Shown here in pieces: positions 1 to 15,033 of a DNA stretch of 64,000 nucleotides. The position numbers and the translations under genes are program-made. This DNA is from the human T2T-CHM13v2.0 reference genome, Homo sapiens: assembly GCF_009914755.1 (NCBI RefSeq), contig NC_060940.1; one strand, given 5' to 3'. Numbering within the stretch: position 1 is the first letter of the stretch; the number at the start of each line of letters is the position of its first letter. The notes below the pieces were generated by a model, which saw only the letters and a program-made list of their open reading frames with translations, was not told where the DNA came from and searched no databases.

Positions 1-70
1 CACTGCACTGTACTCAGGCCTGGGCGAAAGAGCGAGACTCTGTCTCGAAAAAAAAAAAAAAAAAAAAAAA
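1..70 (+). mobile_element. Alu 3' end with poly(A) tail, cut by window start
   Basis: cactgcactg...gcctgggcg...agagcgagactctgtctc followed by an A-run. Confidence 0.95.
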
Positions 71-503
71 TGAGTGAGCACTTTACCAGCAAATAAACAC
101 CAATGAGAGAGGGAACAGCAGTCACAAGATGTGTTTTAACAGAGATAGTTAATTAAATATTTTCTAATACACTTATTGAACCTAGATTTAATGGAATTTT
201 TTTCCTTTCCTGACTTTGGCAAATGTGTGTATTTTTATAGAGAACATGGTTTTACATATGCAATTTTCAGACTTTAAGTCAGGCCCATCACCAACGCTCT
301 ATGAGTTGAGTGGCCTTGATATGTGGTCCATGTATTTTTGAATCAGGGGTGGGAGGCTATCAAATGAGTCAAAAGCTGATTTTCCTAGCTTTCATTATGA
401 ACACCTCTCTGGCTGCTCTTCTTTTTGACTTTACCAAACAAATTAGTTAGTATTCCTAAATGCAAGGTATATTAACATAAGAACTAAATAAATTTTTAAA
501 ATA

Positions 504-543
504 AACACACACACAGACACACACACACACACACACACACACA
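504..543. repeat. (CA)n microsatellite
   Basis: Directly visible. Confidence 0.95.
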
Positions 544-859
544 GCACTCTCCATATTTACTTCTACTTTGAATAGCAAACAAGCTGTGTTCCTGGGCCTG
601 TGGAAGAAATATGAAGTTTGAAAAGATTTTTAAATAACTTTTTCTTAATGAAAATAACTCTGTAGTAATTACTGTTTTAAAAAGCCATTAGAATTTGAGC
701 ATAACACAGTTTCAATCTTGTCTCTATTCCAACTTAAAGTCCTGTCCAACAATCTCATTTTATGTTCTGTTGAATCACAAAATAAAAATTTGTATATTTT
801 AAAGTATTTGATGGAGGAGGAGGAGGGAAGAAAGAAGAGGAGGAGGAGGAAGAGCATGC

Positions 860-1240
860 CAAATGCAGCTGGAGAAGGCCATGAAAAGAGAATTCTCACG
901 CACATATGCCTGATAACAAGAACTATCACGAAAGACTGCAAAAACCACAATCTTGCCATTGCAACCTTGTAAAAAAACACTTCTGCAAGGACATATGTCC
1001 AGCAAATGCCTGTCCAACCTTGGACTGGCACCACCCTTGTTATTGATCCTTGTAATCAAGGATAACTATGTCAAAACAATTGTGTAATCCTCCACATTTT
1101 TTCTTTAAATACCTTTGTCTTCCTTTACCTCCCTGAATGCATACATAGTTGACTATGGCACATGTATTCCTACTGAAATACCCTATCCCCAACCCAGTGT
1201 TCTTTACAGAGTCTCTCTCTGTTCGTTATTTAGGTTGACA
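860..1240 (+). mobile_element. ERV1-class solo LTR, MER34-like
   Basis: Ends ...ctctctgttcgttatttaggttgaca and contains catagttgactatggcacatgtattcc, as in the recalled MER34 3' end. Confidence 0.65.
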
Positions 1241-1289
1241 CCTTGCACCTATTGATTGATAACATTTATTTTCCAGGATGCACTTATCA

Positions 1290-1470
1290 TTGTTGTAATT
1301 AAGTATTAATTGTGCAATCATTTGCTTAATGCTCATAACTTCCTTCTTGACTGTACATTTGTTGAGGTCAAGTAGTATGTCTGTTTAAATCATTCCCTAG
1401 TTCCAGGGCTTGGCAAATTCCTTGGACCAGATGAGCTCAATGCATATTTGTTATGTGAGTGAATATATGA
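1290..1470 (+). mobile_element. Degenerate L2 3' end
   Basis: gactgtacatttgttgagg...gagctcaatgcatatttgttatgtgagtgaat resembles the L2 terminus. Confidence 0.5.
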
Positions 1471-2719
1471 CTGATACTAAAGTAACTTAAAAAATAATTT
1501 ATACCAATGATTTATCTCTCTCTGAGTTGGTCCTTATAAATGCTATATGAATCACTCCAAAACAGTACCGACTCTCGTAACAAATCCCATGAATGTGTAA
1601 TTTCATTTTAATGCTGAATTGGCCCAATTTTAAACAGCATCTGGATGATCCTTTGTAATGGAGTCCCATCTAAGTTCCTATTAAAAAAGAAAGAAAAAAA
1701 AATCAGTAAAACAAAGCAAACAATGTAAACTTAAAACAACACTAATTAGTAAAACTGACACCCAATATGCAGACTAATCTAGAAGGAATTTTTACTAACT
1801 ATAAGAACAATTAAGTTAAACTGGCCCATCCATATTTTGTTTTATGAAATGGAAGAATTTCCTCAATATAAAACTCATGTAAGACGGTAGTTGCCTCTTC
1901 CCAGCCTGTCCCTGAGTCAGACTCTCGGAGTGTCCCAGAAAATGGACACTTACTCCTTTACGGCTCCATTCTTACTTTTTGAGGGGACAGGTCCTAGCCA
2001 CTCTCACATATCTTACATACTAAGCTCCTAGAAAGATAGAGGATACAATAAAAACCAACCAACCAACCAACCATGTGTCAGGTGCCTGTCAGGCCTGGGC
2101 ACACAGTTCACTCAAGAAAAGCCCTGGGAGGGGAGGCAGCAGAATTGCCAGTCTAGCAATTTGTAACTCCAGTGGCCCAGGTCTTAGCCACATGACCTGG
2201 CTGGCATTGTTCTCTCCCTTCTTGCTTCCCTCCAAGCATGAACTCAGCCTCTTTTCTTTCCTTCCCTCCCTATGTTACATTGTTATTTCATACAATGGGA
2301 TTTTAATAAGTTTGGGGAGCCAGTAGAGAGGGATTATAAAGCAAAACAGGAAACTACTGATAAGCAACTTGCATCATACCAACTGGCCGTTGAAGATTAT
2401 TTTTCAAGTAAAATACAGCCTTCCTTTAGAACCTCTACCCAGAAAGCAGTAACATCAATAATCTATAAAGTAGCACTCATTCTTGCCACCACCAGCACGC
2501 TGCATTATCCGTGCATGCTAGGTATTGTGTATGTCTTGTACGACAAGCCAAACAAAATACTAGAGGTCTCCACTTTAGCTTAGCTGAGCTATTCCAATAA
2601 ATACTTGCTCACTACTGAGAGGAGCTGTGCATCCCCTGCAGATCAGAGAAAGGGCCTTAGCCAATTTCTCAAAGGTAGAAGAATCATTTAAAAAATGATC
2701 ATTTCCTGTTAGATATTAA

Positions 2720-5421
<2,702 letters not shown>

Positions 5422-5530
5422 ATATCAAGCCCTGGTTTGGGGTAATAATCACTACCTTCTAGGTAACCAGAATGCAAAAAATATAACAGAAAAAAAATCC
5501 TAAAAATCATCCTGCATACAAGAAAAATGA

Positions 5531-6268
5531 AACCGCCATTCTCCATTCTCAATTAACCAGGGACACAATGCACTGCAGAAAGCCTCAGGGACCTCTGCCC
5601 AAGAAAGCCTGGGTGTTGTCCAAGGTTTGCCCCCACTGAGATGGGATAGAAGTCTCTGACTTCTGAACTGGACACAGGAGTTCTCAAAATCACCAATCAA
5701 GGCAGTGAGATGGCATGGTAAATGGTAAGGGAGGTCTCTTTGCGGTTGAGATAAGAGGAATGCTTTGGTCTCCTGCTCATCCCTGGGAATGGAATGTCTC
5801 AGTGTAAAGCCGACCATTCCTATTCATTCTATTCTGAGATAGGAGAAAACCACCCTGTGGCTAGAGGTGAGATATGCTGGCAGCAATACTGCTCTGTTAC
5901 TCTTTGCTAAACTGAGATGTTTGTGTAAAGAGGAACATAAATCTAGCCTATGTGCACATCTGGGCACAGTACCTTTCCTTGAACTTATTCATGATACAGA
6001 TTCCTTTGCTCACATATTTCCCTGCTGACCTTTCCCCACCTGTTGCCCTGCTACACTCCCATCACTAACATAGTAAAAATAATGATCAATAAATACTGAG
6101 GGAACTCAGAGGCCAGCGCTGGTGCGAGTCCTCTGTATGCTGAGCACCGGTCCCCTGGGTCCACTGTTCTTTCTCTATACTTTGTTTCAGTGTCTTATTT
6201 CTTTTCTCAGTCTCTCCTCCCACCTGACGAGAAATACCCACAGGTGTGGAGGGGCTGGCCCCCTTCGA
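5531..6268 (+). mobile_element. HERV-K(HML-2) LTR5A/B solo LTR, 5'-truncated
   Basis: cagggacctctgcccaagaaagcctggg...aataaatactgagggaactcagagg...gagaaatacccacaggtgtggaggggctggccccctt. Confidence 0.85.
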
Positions 6269-6699
6269 TGTCTATTATGGTGGAGTGTTTCCAGTTCTGT
6301 CTTTCCTAATACTGCCCAATAGAAACTTGACTCCTAGAGTTTGTGTAATTTTAATATATTTTAGCCATTTCCCTGTCAATTTTTGTACCATACAATAACA
6401 AGGAATTTGACTAAATCTCTTAGGGTTTTTTAAAAAATTATATGAGAAGCTAAAAAATTTATTTTTACTAAGGTAAAAGAAAAAGGAATAATCACAACAA
6501 TAGCCATAATTCTTCTGTCTATGAAGAGCCCTTCAGGTGGTGACATCAGAACTCACAACAACAGCATAAGGGAAGTAGAACAAATGCAGCCAAAGTCCCC
6601 CGTACACCTCCCTTTTCTCTTCTAACCACAGAATTCAATCGTGTATCCGTTTACTCTGGAATGAAAGTATCTGTAGAAACCATGAATGTTTCATCTGTT

Positions 6700-7031
6700 T
6701 TTCTTTTCTTTTCTTTTCTTTTTGAGACGGAGTCTTGCTCTGTTGCCAAGGCTGGAGTGCTGGTTGCTCTGTTGCTCTGTTACTCTGTTGCCCAGGCTGG
6801 AGTGCAGCTTACATCTTTGCTTCCTGGGTTTAAGTGATTCTCCTGCCTCAGTCTCCCGAGTATCTGTGACTCCAGGTGTGTGCCACTATGCCTGGCTAAT
6901 TTTTTGTATTTTTAGTAGAGACCATGTTTCACTCTGTTAGCCGGGATGGCCTCAATCTCTTGACCTTGTGATCCACCCGCCTCGGCCTCCCAAAGTGCTA
7001 GGATTACAGGCATGAGCCACCGTATCCAGCC
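6700..7031 (-). mobile_element. AluS/Y, antisense
   Basis: T-rich tail, gagacggagtcttgctctgttgc...ggattacaggcatgagccacc; TSD tcatctgtttttct. Confidence 0.95.
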
Positions 7032-7049
7032 TCATCTGTTTTTCTAATG

Positions 7050-8007
7050 TGTAGTGTCCAGCCCTACGGGGTTTAGCAGGTGTTCTCCCTGTGTGCGGAG
7101 ACGAGAGATTATAATAAATAAAGACACAAGACAAAGACATAAAGAGAAAGCAGCTGGGCCCAGGGGACCACTACCACCAAGACGCAGAGACCACTAGTGA
7201 CCCCGAACAGCTGGACGGGCTGATATTTATTGCATACAAGACAAGGGGGCAGCGTAAGGAGGGTGAATCTTCTAAGTGATTGACAAGGTGAAGCAAGTCA
7301 TGTGATCACAGGACAGGGGGCCCTTCCCTCTAAGGTAGCCGAAGCAGACAGAGAGAAGGCAGCATACGTCAGCGTTTCCTTCTATGCACTTATAAGAAAG
7401 AACAAAGACTTTAAGACTTCCTTCTACCATTATCTACTATAGACTTCAAAGAGGAACCAGGAGTATGGGAAGAACATGAAAGTGGACAAGGAGTGTGACC
7501 ATTGAAGCACAGCACCACAGGGAGGGGTTTAGGCCTCTGGATGACTGTGGGAAGGCCTGGATAATTTATCCAACCTCTCACAAGAAGCTGGTGGAGTAGA
7601 GTGTTCCCTGACTCCTCCAAGGAAAGGAGACTCCCTTTCATGGTCTGCTAAGTAATGAGTGTCTTCCCAGACACTGGCATTACCACTTGACCAAGGAGCC
7701 CTCAAGCGGCCCTTATGGGGGCATGAGAGAAGGCTCACCTCTTGCCTTCTAGGTCACTTCTCACAATGTCCCTTCAGCACCTGACCCTATACCCGCCGGT
7801 TATTCCTAGGTTATATTAGCAATGCAATAAAGAGTAATATTAAAAGCTAATGATTAATAATGTTTATAATAATGATTGATAATTGCCCATGATCATCTCT
7901 ATATCTAATTTGTATTATGACTATTCTATTCTAACAATTTTCTTTATTATACTGAAACAGTTTGTTTCAGTCTCTTGCCTTGGCACCTTGGTGACCTTTC
8001 GCCCACA
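7050..8007 (-). mobile_element. Complete LTR13-type (ERVK class) solo LTR
   Basis: Minus strand starts TGTGGGCGAAAGGTCACCAAGGTGCCAAGGCAAGAGACTG and ends CTACA; perfect 6-bp TSD CTAATG at 7044-7049 and 8008-8013. Confidence 0.88.
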
Positions 8008-8019
8008 CTAATGGTCATA

Positions 8020-8270
8020 TAATATAGTTTAGATGTCTCCTCCAAATCTCATATTGAATTTTAATCCCTAATGTTACAGGTGGGGCATGGTGGTAGATGG
8101 TTGAATCATGGGGATAGATTTCTCATGGCTCTGTGCTGTCCTTGTCATAGTGAGTACTCACGAGATCTGGTGGTTTAAAAGTGAAGCATATCCCTCCCTG
8201 ATCTTTCCTGTTTCAACTCCTACCATGTGAGATTCCTGCAGCTCTTTCATTTTTCATCATGATTATAAGC
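8020..8270 (+). mobile_element. MST-type MaLR LTR fragment
   Basis: atatagtttagatgtctcctccaaatctcatattgaa...gagatctggtggtttaaaagtg. Confidence 0.75.
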
Positions 8271-8334
8271 TACTTTAGATGTTAATATTGTTACAAAATT
8301 TCACTGAATTTTCTTGTAAAATTACCTGACAAAG

Positions 8335-8740
8335 TTTATGTTATTATACCATTAATGTGATAAATAAATATATTATGACATTACAACATATTATGATATC
8401 ATAATTCATATGTATTATGACATCACAATATATTATGACATCATAATGCACACACAACATGACATCATAATATATTATGGCATCATAATTTATACTACAA
8501 CATCACAATATATCATGACATCATAATGCACATGTATTATGACATCAAAATTCATAGGCATTATCACGTCACAGTATATTGTGACATCATCATCAGTATG
8601 TGTTATGACATCACAATATATTATGACATTATACTTCATATGTATTATGGCATCACAGTACATTATGACATCGTACTTTGTATATAATATGATGTATCAT
8701 GAATTATTATGTAATTGATATGTATTACATATCTATTAGA
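8335..8740. repeat. AT-rich minisatellite built on TATTATGACATCA(C/T)AAT units
   Basis: More than a dozen degenerate tattatgacatcacaata / tattatgacatcataat copies with alternating short and long spacing. Confidence 0.85.
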
Positions 8741-10558
8741 TGGCTCTGGATGTCTTGGGCTCTGTGGGGCAGGCTGGGGGTCAGAGGAGACACACATGCT
8801 GCAGATGGGGAGACTGGGGCACAGGGTCCTGGGGTTCCAGGAGCAGTGAGGAGGCCAGGATTGGCCTGTGGGGACTTTGATGTTGGCTCTGGGTGAGGTG
8901 GCTACTGTAGGTGTGAGCACAGCAGTGCTTGGGGGCTCAGGTGGCTGCCAAGGGGCAGATGGATGGAGGGGACAAAAGCTACAGCCCAGCAGGAGGGCAG
9001 GGTGGCCATGAGGGTTGTAAAAGTGATGCCAACAGCATTTGTGGGGGATTGGCTGTGGGTGTGAAACAGCAGCAGCGGAACAATTCCCAGTCATTCTGGC
9101 CTGGAACAGTGGCAGGTGAACTCTGCCCAGTTGTGGAGGGGTCTGTCAGGAAGATGGGGCTTCTGGTTTCAGAGGAGCCCAGAGATGTGCTCAGGCAGAT
9201 GAGGGTCCTCATGGGATAGGCATGGGAGAGGCAGCTGCAACTTGGGGACCACTGGTGGTGGGCTGAGCCCCTGAGACCTCTGGAGTGAGCAGGAAAGAAA
9301 GTGAGGAGGAGCCAGCCAGGGAGCCAGAGGCAGAGGGAAGAGAGGAAAGTAGACCCCGGGAGGAGCAGACAGGAAAGGATGAAAATTTCCCCTCACCTGC
9401 CTCAACAGCCTCTGCCCCTGCCCACACACCCTTGTGCACTCCCCCTGAGTCCCTGCTCACCTCTGCCTACCCAGCCATCCCAGGATGGTGTGGGCTCAAG
9501 CTCTGGGGGTAACTGAAGAGCCACTTTAAGAAGGCACAGTCTAGAAGTGAGCAGCATTGAGTCACTGTTGTCTCCCAGTCCTGGGAACATCCTGTGCCAC
9601 AGTTTGCTGAGCTGTCTTAATCACCAGTGGGTCCCCATCTCCCACCCCTGGAATCCCAGAGGACAGCTCAGAGTTGTGATTGGTGCCTCTTCCCAGCGTC
9701 TCTCTACACAGCTCCCGGCTGTGCTTCAGCATCCTCCACCGAAAGGTGGGCCTGTCGCTGCATGTGAATGGCAAGGAGGTCACTGTGGGGAAGCGGCTGC
9801 CTCCTTTCTCTTTCCTGGGCCCCTAGTGCCTCTCTCCTGGGGGTAAGGCAGTTGAGCCTACCCACAAGTCCAGGCAGGAAGGCAGCCCCACCCCAGCACC
9901 CAGAAATTAGAAAAACTAGCTGAGGTGTGAGAGGGGGAATGGTGACAGCCCTGGAAGTCAGGATGAAAAAGAGACGAAGCCTCCAGGCCGCCATCCTCAC
10001 CAGTGCCCGCCGGGCCCTGAAGCTCTGCAGGGGGTGGCTTATGGGCTCAGAGGCTTGTGGACCAAGGCTTCTCAGCTGCTTCTGAGGCTCCCAGCTCTGC
10101 AAGGGGCTGGGTTTCTTCTCCTGGTAAACTGCTCCCAATGCCTGTCCTGACTCACTCACTTAGCTGGGCTACCTGCTGGGCCTCCTTCCTGGTGGGCCCT
10201 CCCCATGTGCCTCCCTGTGCAGGTGGGGTATCCCCTCGAGACTCCATTATTCTTTGAGGCTTTCAGGCCAGGATGAAGAACCCCAGCCTCTCAGCAGGAG
10301 CAGCCACTTGGGGGAAGCAGAGGGAATAGAAAGGCACACATTGCCAGCTCTGAGCATGACTGGGTGGGGACATTGTGTTGAAGCTCCTGGGAGCCTCATT
10401 CAGCCCAAGTAGATGTCCTTGAAATGTCAACACTCTCCCTACACAGGAGAAAAACATGAGACTCGGAGTGGGCAGGGTGATCTTGAATCGGGGGTCTGGT
10501 CAGATTGGTCTCTGTTCCTCACCTCAGCTATGGCCTTCATGTGTGCTTCCACCAGCAG

Positions 10559-11153
10559 AGACCCCTTCCTGGACTTTGCCCCAGTGGATGGACAGGAAAC
10601 TGCCAGCCATGCTGGCCACCACAACCAACTTTCACTGCCTGGCTCCTAGCAACCCCACTCTCTCCATCTCCTGGCTGAAGAACCACAAGAGGTCTAAGGA
10701 GAGCATCACATCAGGATATTGAGGTGGGCCTGGAAGTTGGTGGGAGTGTGGGCTGGATGTGGAAGGTGGGACCTGTCTTTTGCTTACCTGTCCTTCCACC
10801 TGGAGCTATGGCACCAGAAGTAGACCCTGATCATGGAGTGTGGTGCCCTCAGACTGCTTTCATCCCACCTCTGTGATGAAGAACAAGTGCAGCAGCCTTC
10901 AGCAGACATGCATGCTGGACAGCTGGGTGAGGACTGTGGCCTGTGGGCAGGGTGCAGGGAGCTAGGCAGCCTCTGAGCTCTCATCTATTCTCTCAATGTG
11001 CCCTCCTGACCAACTCTTTCTACCTGCAGGACTGCTGACCAACCAGATGCAGTAAGGTGAAATTCCACTGCAAAGTGTATGGCAACTTAGTATGTGGAGG
11101 TGAACAACAGCAAGGTGGGTGTCAATGGCATGCCCTATGTGACTGTGCTTAGG
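10559..11153 (+). pseudogene. Unprocessed FGFR3 pseudogene fragment (FGFR3P-type): three exons for IgII and IgIIIa at 10559-10723, 10806-10926 and ~10997-11153
   Basis: TPSWTLPQWMDRKL...FHCLAPSNPTLSISWLKN vs FGFR3 APYWTRPERMDKKL...FRCPAAGNPTPSISWLKN; LWHQK*TLIME vs LRHQQWSLVME; KFHCKVY and VEVNNSKVGVNGMPYVTVL vs EFHCKVY and VEVNGSKVGPDGTPYVTVL. An 82-bp GT-AG intron is retained; there is an in-frame TAG and frameshifts. Confidence 0.92.
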
Positions 11154-11799
11154 TTAGCTGCTGCTGCTTGTCAGGAGCATGGGGATGGCATGCCGATGCT
11201 CCACTTCACTAAACTCTACCATCATTATAGAAGTTTTGGAGTAGCCTATGAAAGACAGAATCATGTCATTATCCAAGAGACAAAATCCTCTAGAGTAAGC
11301 AGTTCTCCTGGATATAAACTTGGTGCTGGTTCATTTAGCATTTGCTACGAACCAATGTCTAAAATTAGAGGCAGTTTCTCCTAAAGTGAGATGACATGAG
11401 TCAGTTGATAAAAGTGTGAAGCACTCCTGTGAGTATTGTCCCTCATAATTCATTCAAAAACATTTGCTTCTGTCTTTGCAACTTCATGCTCTCTGAATTC
11501 CCACACTGAGTAAAAACCTCCTTGGTGGGCTTATAATCAATCTCACGTATTTAACAATTTGGATTTTATCTTACGTTCCGCTATAAAATATGGAACAAAA
11601 TCGGTTTGATTTACAGTAGATGTAAAATAGAAAAATTAGGATGGGCTATTCTGGACATGTAGAATTAGTTCCTTTTATGAGTTTTCTACAAACCTGTATT
11701 TATTACACTAAAATAATGCTAAAATATATTTTGTTTTATTGTGTGGAGTTTAAATGGATACACTGGATAATGGAATAACATTAACTAAATAAACATTGA

Positions 11800-12850
11800 T
11801 GCCTATTTTTTTCAGTGTTTTAAAATTTTTTAACAAAGATTTCTTTTTACGGTAAAATTGCACTTCATTAAATCTACTCCTAAATATTTCTTTCTTTTTC
11901 ATACATACACAAATGGATTGTTTTTTTAATTTTATTTTCAGGTTGATCATTGTTAGTACATAAAAGTACAATTGAACTTTGCATATTGATTTTGTATCTT
12001 GTGACCTTGCTGAACTCATGTATTGGTTTTAGTGGGTTTTAATGAGTTTTTTATAAACTTTTATATTCACTTATGTCCTCTGCAATGATAGACAATTCTA
12101 ACATCTTATTTTCCCACATTGATGATTTTGTTTTTTTCTCTCATGTAATTTCTTTGGATGTTAACATTTTTGCCTTGTTCTAAAATGTCAAGACACAACA
12201 ACCAGTATTTTACTATTATGGCGTTAGGTGTAAGTTTTTCATTGATGCTCTTTAGCAGATTTAGGAAGTTTGCTTGTACCCTTCCTTTCCAGGGAGATTG
12301 TGAATGAATATTGGATTGGTCAAATGCTCCCTGTGTCTGTTGAAAGGCTCTTTCTGTTAATTTCCTTTATCCTATTACTTTGTGTAAGGCACTGATTGAT
12401 TATCGGATAGATCAATATTGCATCTGTAAAATAATTCCATTTGGTCATGGTGTACATTCATTTTGATATATTCTTGATTCATTTCGCTTTTTTGAGAATT
12501 TCTCTGTGTGTATTCATCAGGGAAATTCGTCCATACACATATTTACTTCTGATGCTTTTGTCTGCCTTTAGTATCAGGGTAATACTGGCCTCACAGAACA
12601 AATTGGGAAGTGTTCCCAATAACTGTCCCATATTTTCTGGAAGGCCTTGTAAAGAGTTGGCATTAATTCTTCATTAAATGTTTAGTAGAATTTACCAGTT
12701 AAGCCATGTGGCTCTGGGCTTCTCTTTTTGTGAAGATTTTTAATTAATTGAATCTCTTTACTTGTTATATGTGTATTCATATATTCTGTTCCTTCTTGGA
12801 TTTGCTTTTATAATTGGTGCCTATTGAGGTATTTATTTCTAATTTGTAGT
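11800..12850 (-). mobile_element. Old L1 (L1M) ORF2 fragment, antisense
   Basis: Minus-strand SSARSQDTKSI-type L1 RT remnants; gggtaatactggcctcacagaac...gggaagtgttccc. Confidence 0.85.
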
Positions 12851-13034
12851 ATTTCATGTGTTTAGGTTTTCTAGACAGTTGGCACAGAAGATTCAAGAAG
12901 TTTAATGTAGGAGAATGTTTAATGTAGGAGAATGAGGCTTTGGTGTCATCAATGAATGACTTAAGTTTCTTATGTTGTAAAGAAAGATATGACCGTAACT
13001 GCCATAGTTAATATTTATTGTGCAAGTCAAATAA

Positions 13035-14058
13035 GAAGGCAGGAGGAAAGGACATCCATCACTCAATCACACACCAGTGTACTCATTAAAGCCTTTGAGA
13101 AGGACCCTCAACATTTTCCAAGAGAATTCCTTTCCTGGAATCACCATTATAGAGAAACTGGCTAAACAGACAGGCATTTCAGAGTCCAAAATTTACATTT
13201 GGTTTCAGAACCAAAGACCTCAGCTCCCAGGCCACAGCAGAAGCGGGCTTGTGAATTCCCTGGCAGCGGGTCCAAGACCAAGACCTCATCTGACTGTTTG
13301 GCTGGAACAAAACATGTGCACTACCCCAGGCAGGTCTCATCTTCTTCCTGCCTCCTATTCTGTCAGCAGCCACCTGTCATTTGTACCAGCTCTTCCTTCA
13401 CCTCCCACAACCTGTGATTTTTTGGATCCCTCTGCAGGCTGTGTGAGCCAGGCACCAAGGGTCACGATGCACATAGCACCCTGGCTGTGCAGATGGGAGA
13501 GTTCTCTCAACCTCTTCTGGCACTTAGGAGTCATATGTCAATGGTACCAACTCTAGGAGGGAGGCTCTCCCATACACAGACTTGTTTCTGGCCTCAGTCG
13601 AAAGGAAAACTTTAGGATGACAAGAAAAATAAGACACTGGCCTGGAAGTTCTGCCTTAAAGGGACAGCCACAGCCTGGTCATCCTTAGCCACAATTTTAG
13701 AGTCTGGGTCAACAGGACACATCCCACCTTCAGAAGTGGTGGAGCTTAGGCAACGGGTCCCAGGATGCCATGATTCAATGGCAACCTGGAGCAGGAGCAC
13801 CTTAGTAGCCCATGCACATAGGTCTACCTGTGGCAGAAACAGGCACAAGCCATGAAAGAGCCATCTATCTGCTGGAGCAACCACACCAGTCATCTGCATG
13901 ATCTTCTACAAGTCCCAGAGTTTCAGGAAAAGGCACAATCTTTTCAGAATGCAGATCCACAAGAGGAGGGCCCTCCGTGGTCTGAATCACCACTCAGTGA
14001 GAAAGAATTTCAGGCTCTGCTTAACAGGCTGCAGAGCTCACCAGGGGATCAGCTTTAG
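13035..14058 (+). pseudogene. DUX4/DUXC-family pseudogene: homeodomain 2 through the C-terminal transactivation domain, intronless and frameshifted
   Basis: Across frameshifts EGRRK-TSITQSHTSVLIKAFEKD..FPGITIIEKLAKQTGISESKIYIWFQNQRPQLPG vs DUX4 HD2 [59 protein letters not shown]. C-terminus LHDLLQVPEFQEKAQ...ESPLSEKEFQALLNRL vs LLDELLASPEFLQQAQ...EAPLSEEEYRALLEEL. The ~1.0-kb span fits HD2-to-stop. Confidence 0.9.
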
Positions 14059-14735
14059 CAGGCAGGCATCCTTCTCAGCACTGCCATCCAGGACTCTTTC
14101 CCTTGGACACAAACAGCAAAATGCCAGGAAGACGGGACCAGGAACACAGTGTGGTCAGAAGCAAGACTGATGCAAGAAGCAACCACTTGGAAATCCAAAG
14201 GGAGCATTTTGGCCCTCTCCTGTGGGCAGCCCTCAACTTTGGTGCTCACTTCCTAACCTCAGTGACGGTTTCTGAGCTTCATCCTGCCTCTGGAGTCCAC
14301 ATGGGCTCCAGGTGGTGAACAGTTTCACTGAATCCTGATGCAGCAAAGCAACATTCTCATGACAAACAGGACCTCTTCACTTTGATCATAAGCTCCTGGG
14401 CCATCTGGACAATGCACAAACTGGAAACCCAGCACGGGGAGGAAAGTAGCTCTAAGGGGGACACATTCCCACTTCTTTCCCTTCTAGCAAGTTTGAAAGC
14501 TAATTGTAAATGCAGGTGGATATGTAGAAAATGAGGGCATGCTATAACATCTCATCACATGAGGTTGTGACCAGGAGTTTTTAATCCTAGCTCTGAGAGC
14601 TGCAAATGGGAATTGGAAGTTTTTCCACTAAGCATCTATCAATGACTGATTGTGCAAGCTTATCTTCATCATGCTGAGGAGTCTTCACTGAGAATTTTCC
14701 TATTGAACAAATAAACATAGAGATAGTGACAAGTA

Positions 14736-15033
14736 GGCCAGGCATAGAGGCTCACGCCAGTAATCCCAGCATTTTGTGAGACCAAGGTGGGCAAATCAGT
14801 TGAGGCCAGGAGTTCGAGACCAGCCTGGGCAACATGTCAAAACCCCGTCTCCACTAAAAACACAAAAAACAGCTGGGCATGGTTACTCATGCTGGTAATT
14901 CCAGCTATTCGGGTGGCTGAAGCCTGAGAATCTTCTGAACCCAGGAGGCAGAGGCTGCAGTGTGTTGATATTTTGCCACTGTACTCCAGCTTGGGCAACA
15001 GAGCAAGACTCTGTCTCAAAAAAAAAAAAAAAA
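14736..15033 (+). mobile_element. AluJ/S
   Basis: Full dimer with poly(A). Confidence 0.93.

Noticed and set aside
8335-8740. CRISPR-like repeat-spacer appearance (also the 55-bp units at 29.5-29.7 kb)
   Set aside because: Primate DNA; degenerate repeats without unique spacers and no cas genes
9300-10250. Possible KIF18B-like or other coding relic in the GC-rich stretch
   Set aside because: Only a short LPLSP-type match; more simply explained as intronic sequence carried with the FGFR3 fragment
13077-13556. 159-aa ORF as an intact homeobox gene
   Set aside because: Starts at GTG within helix 1 out of frame, lacks the N-terminal arm, and is separated from the C-terminal domain by stops and frameshifts
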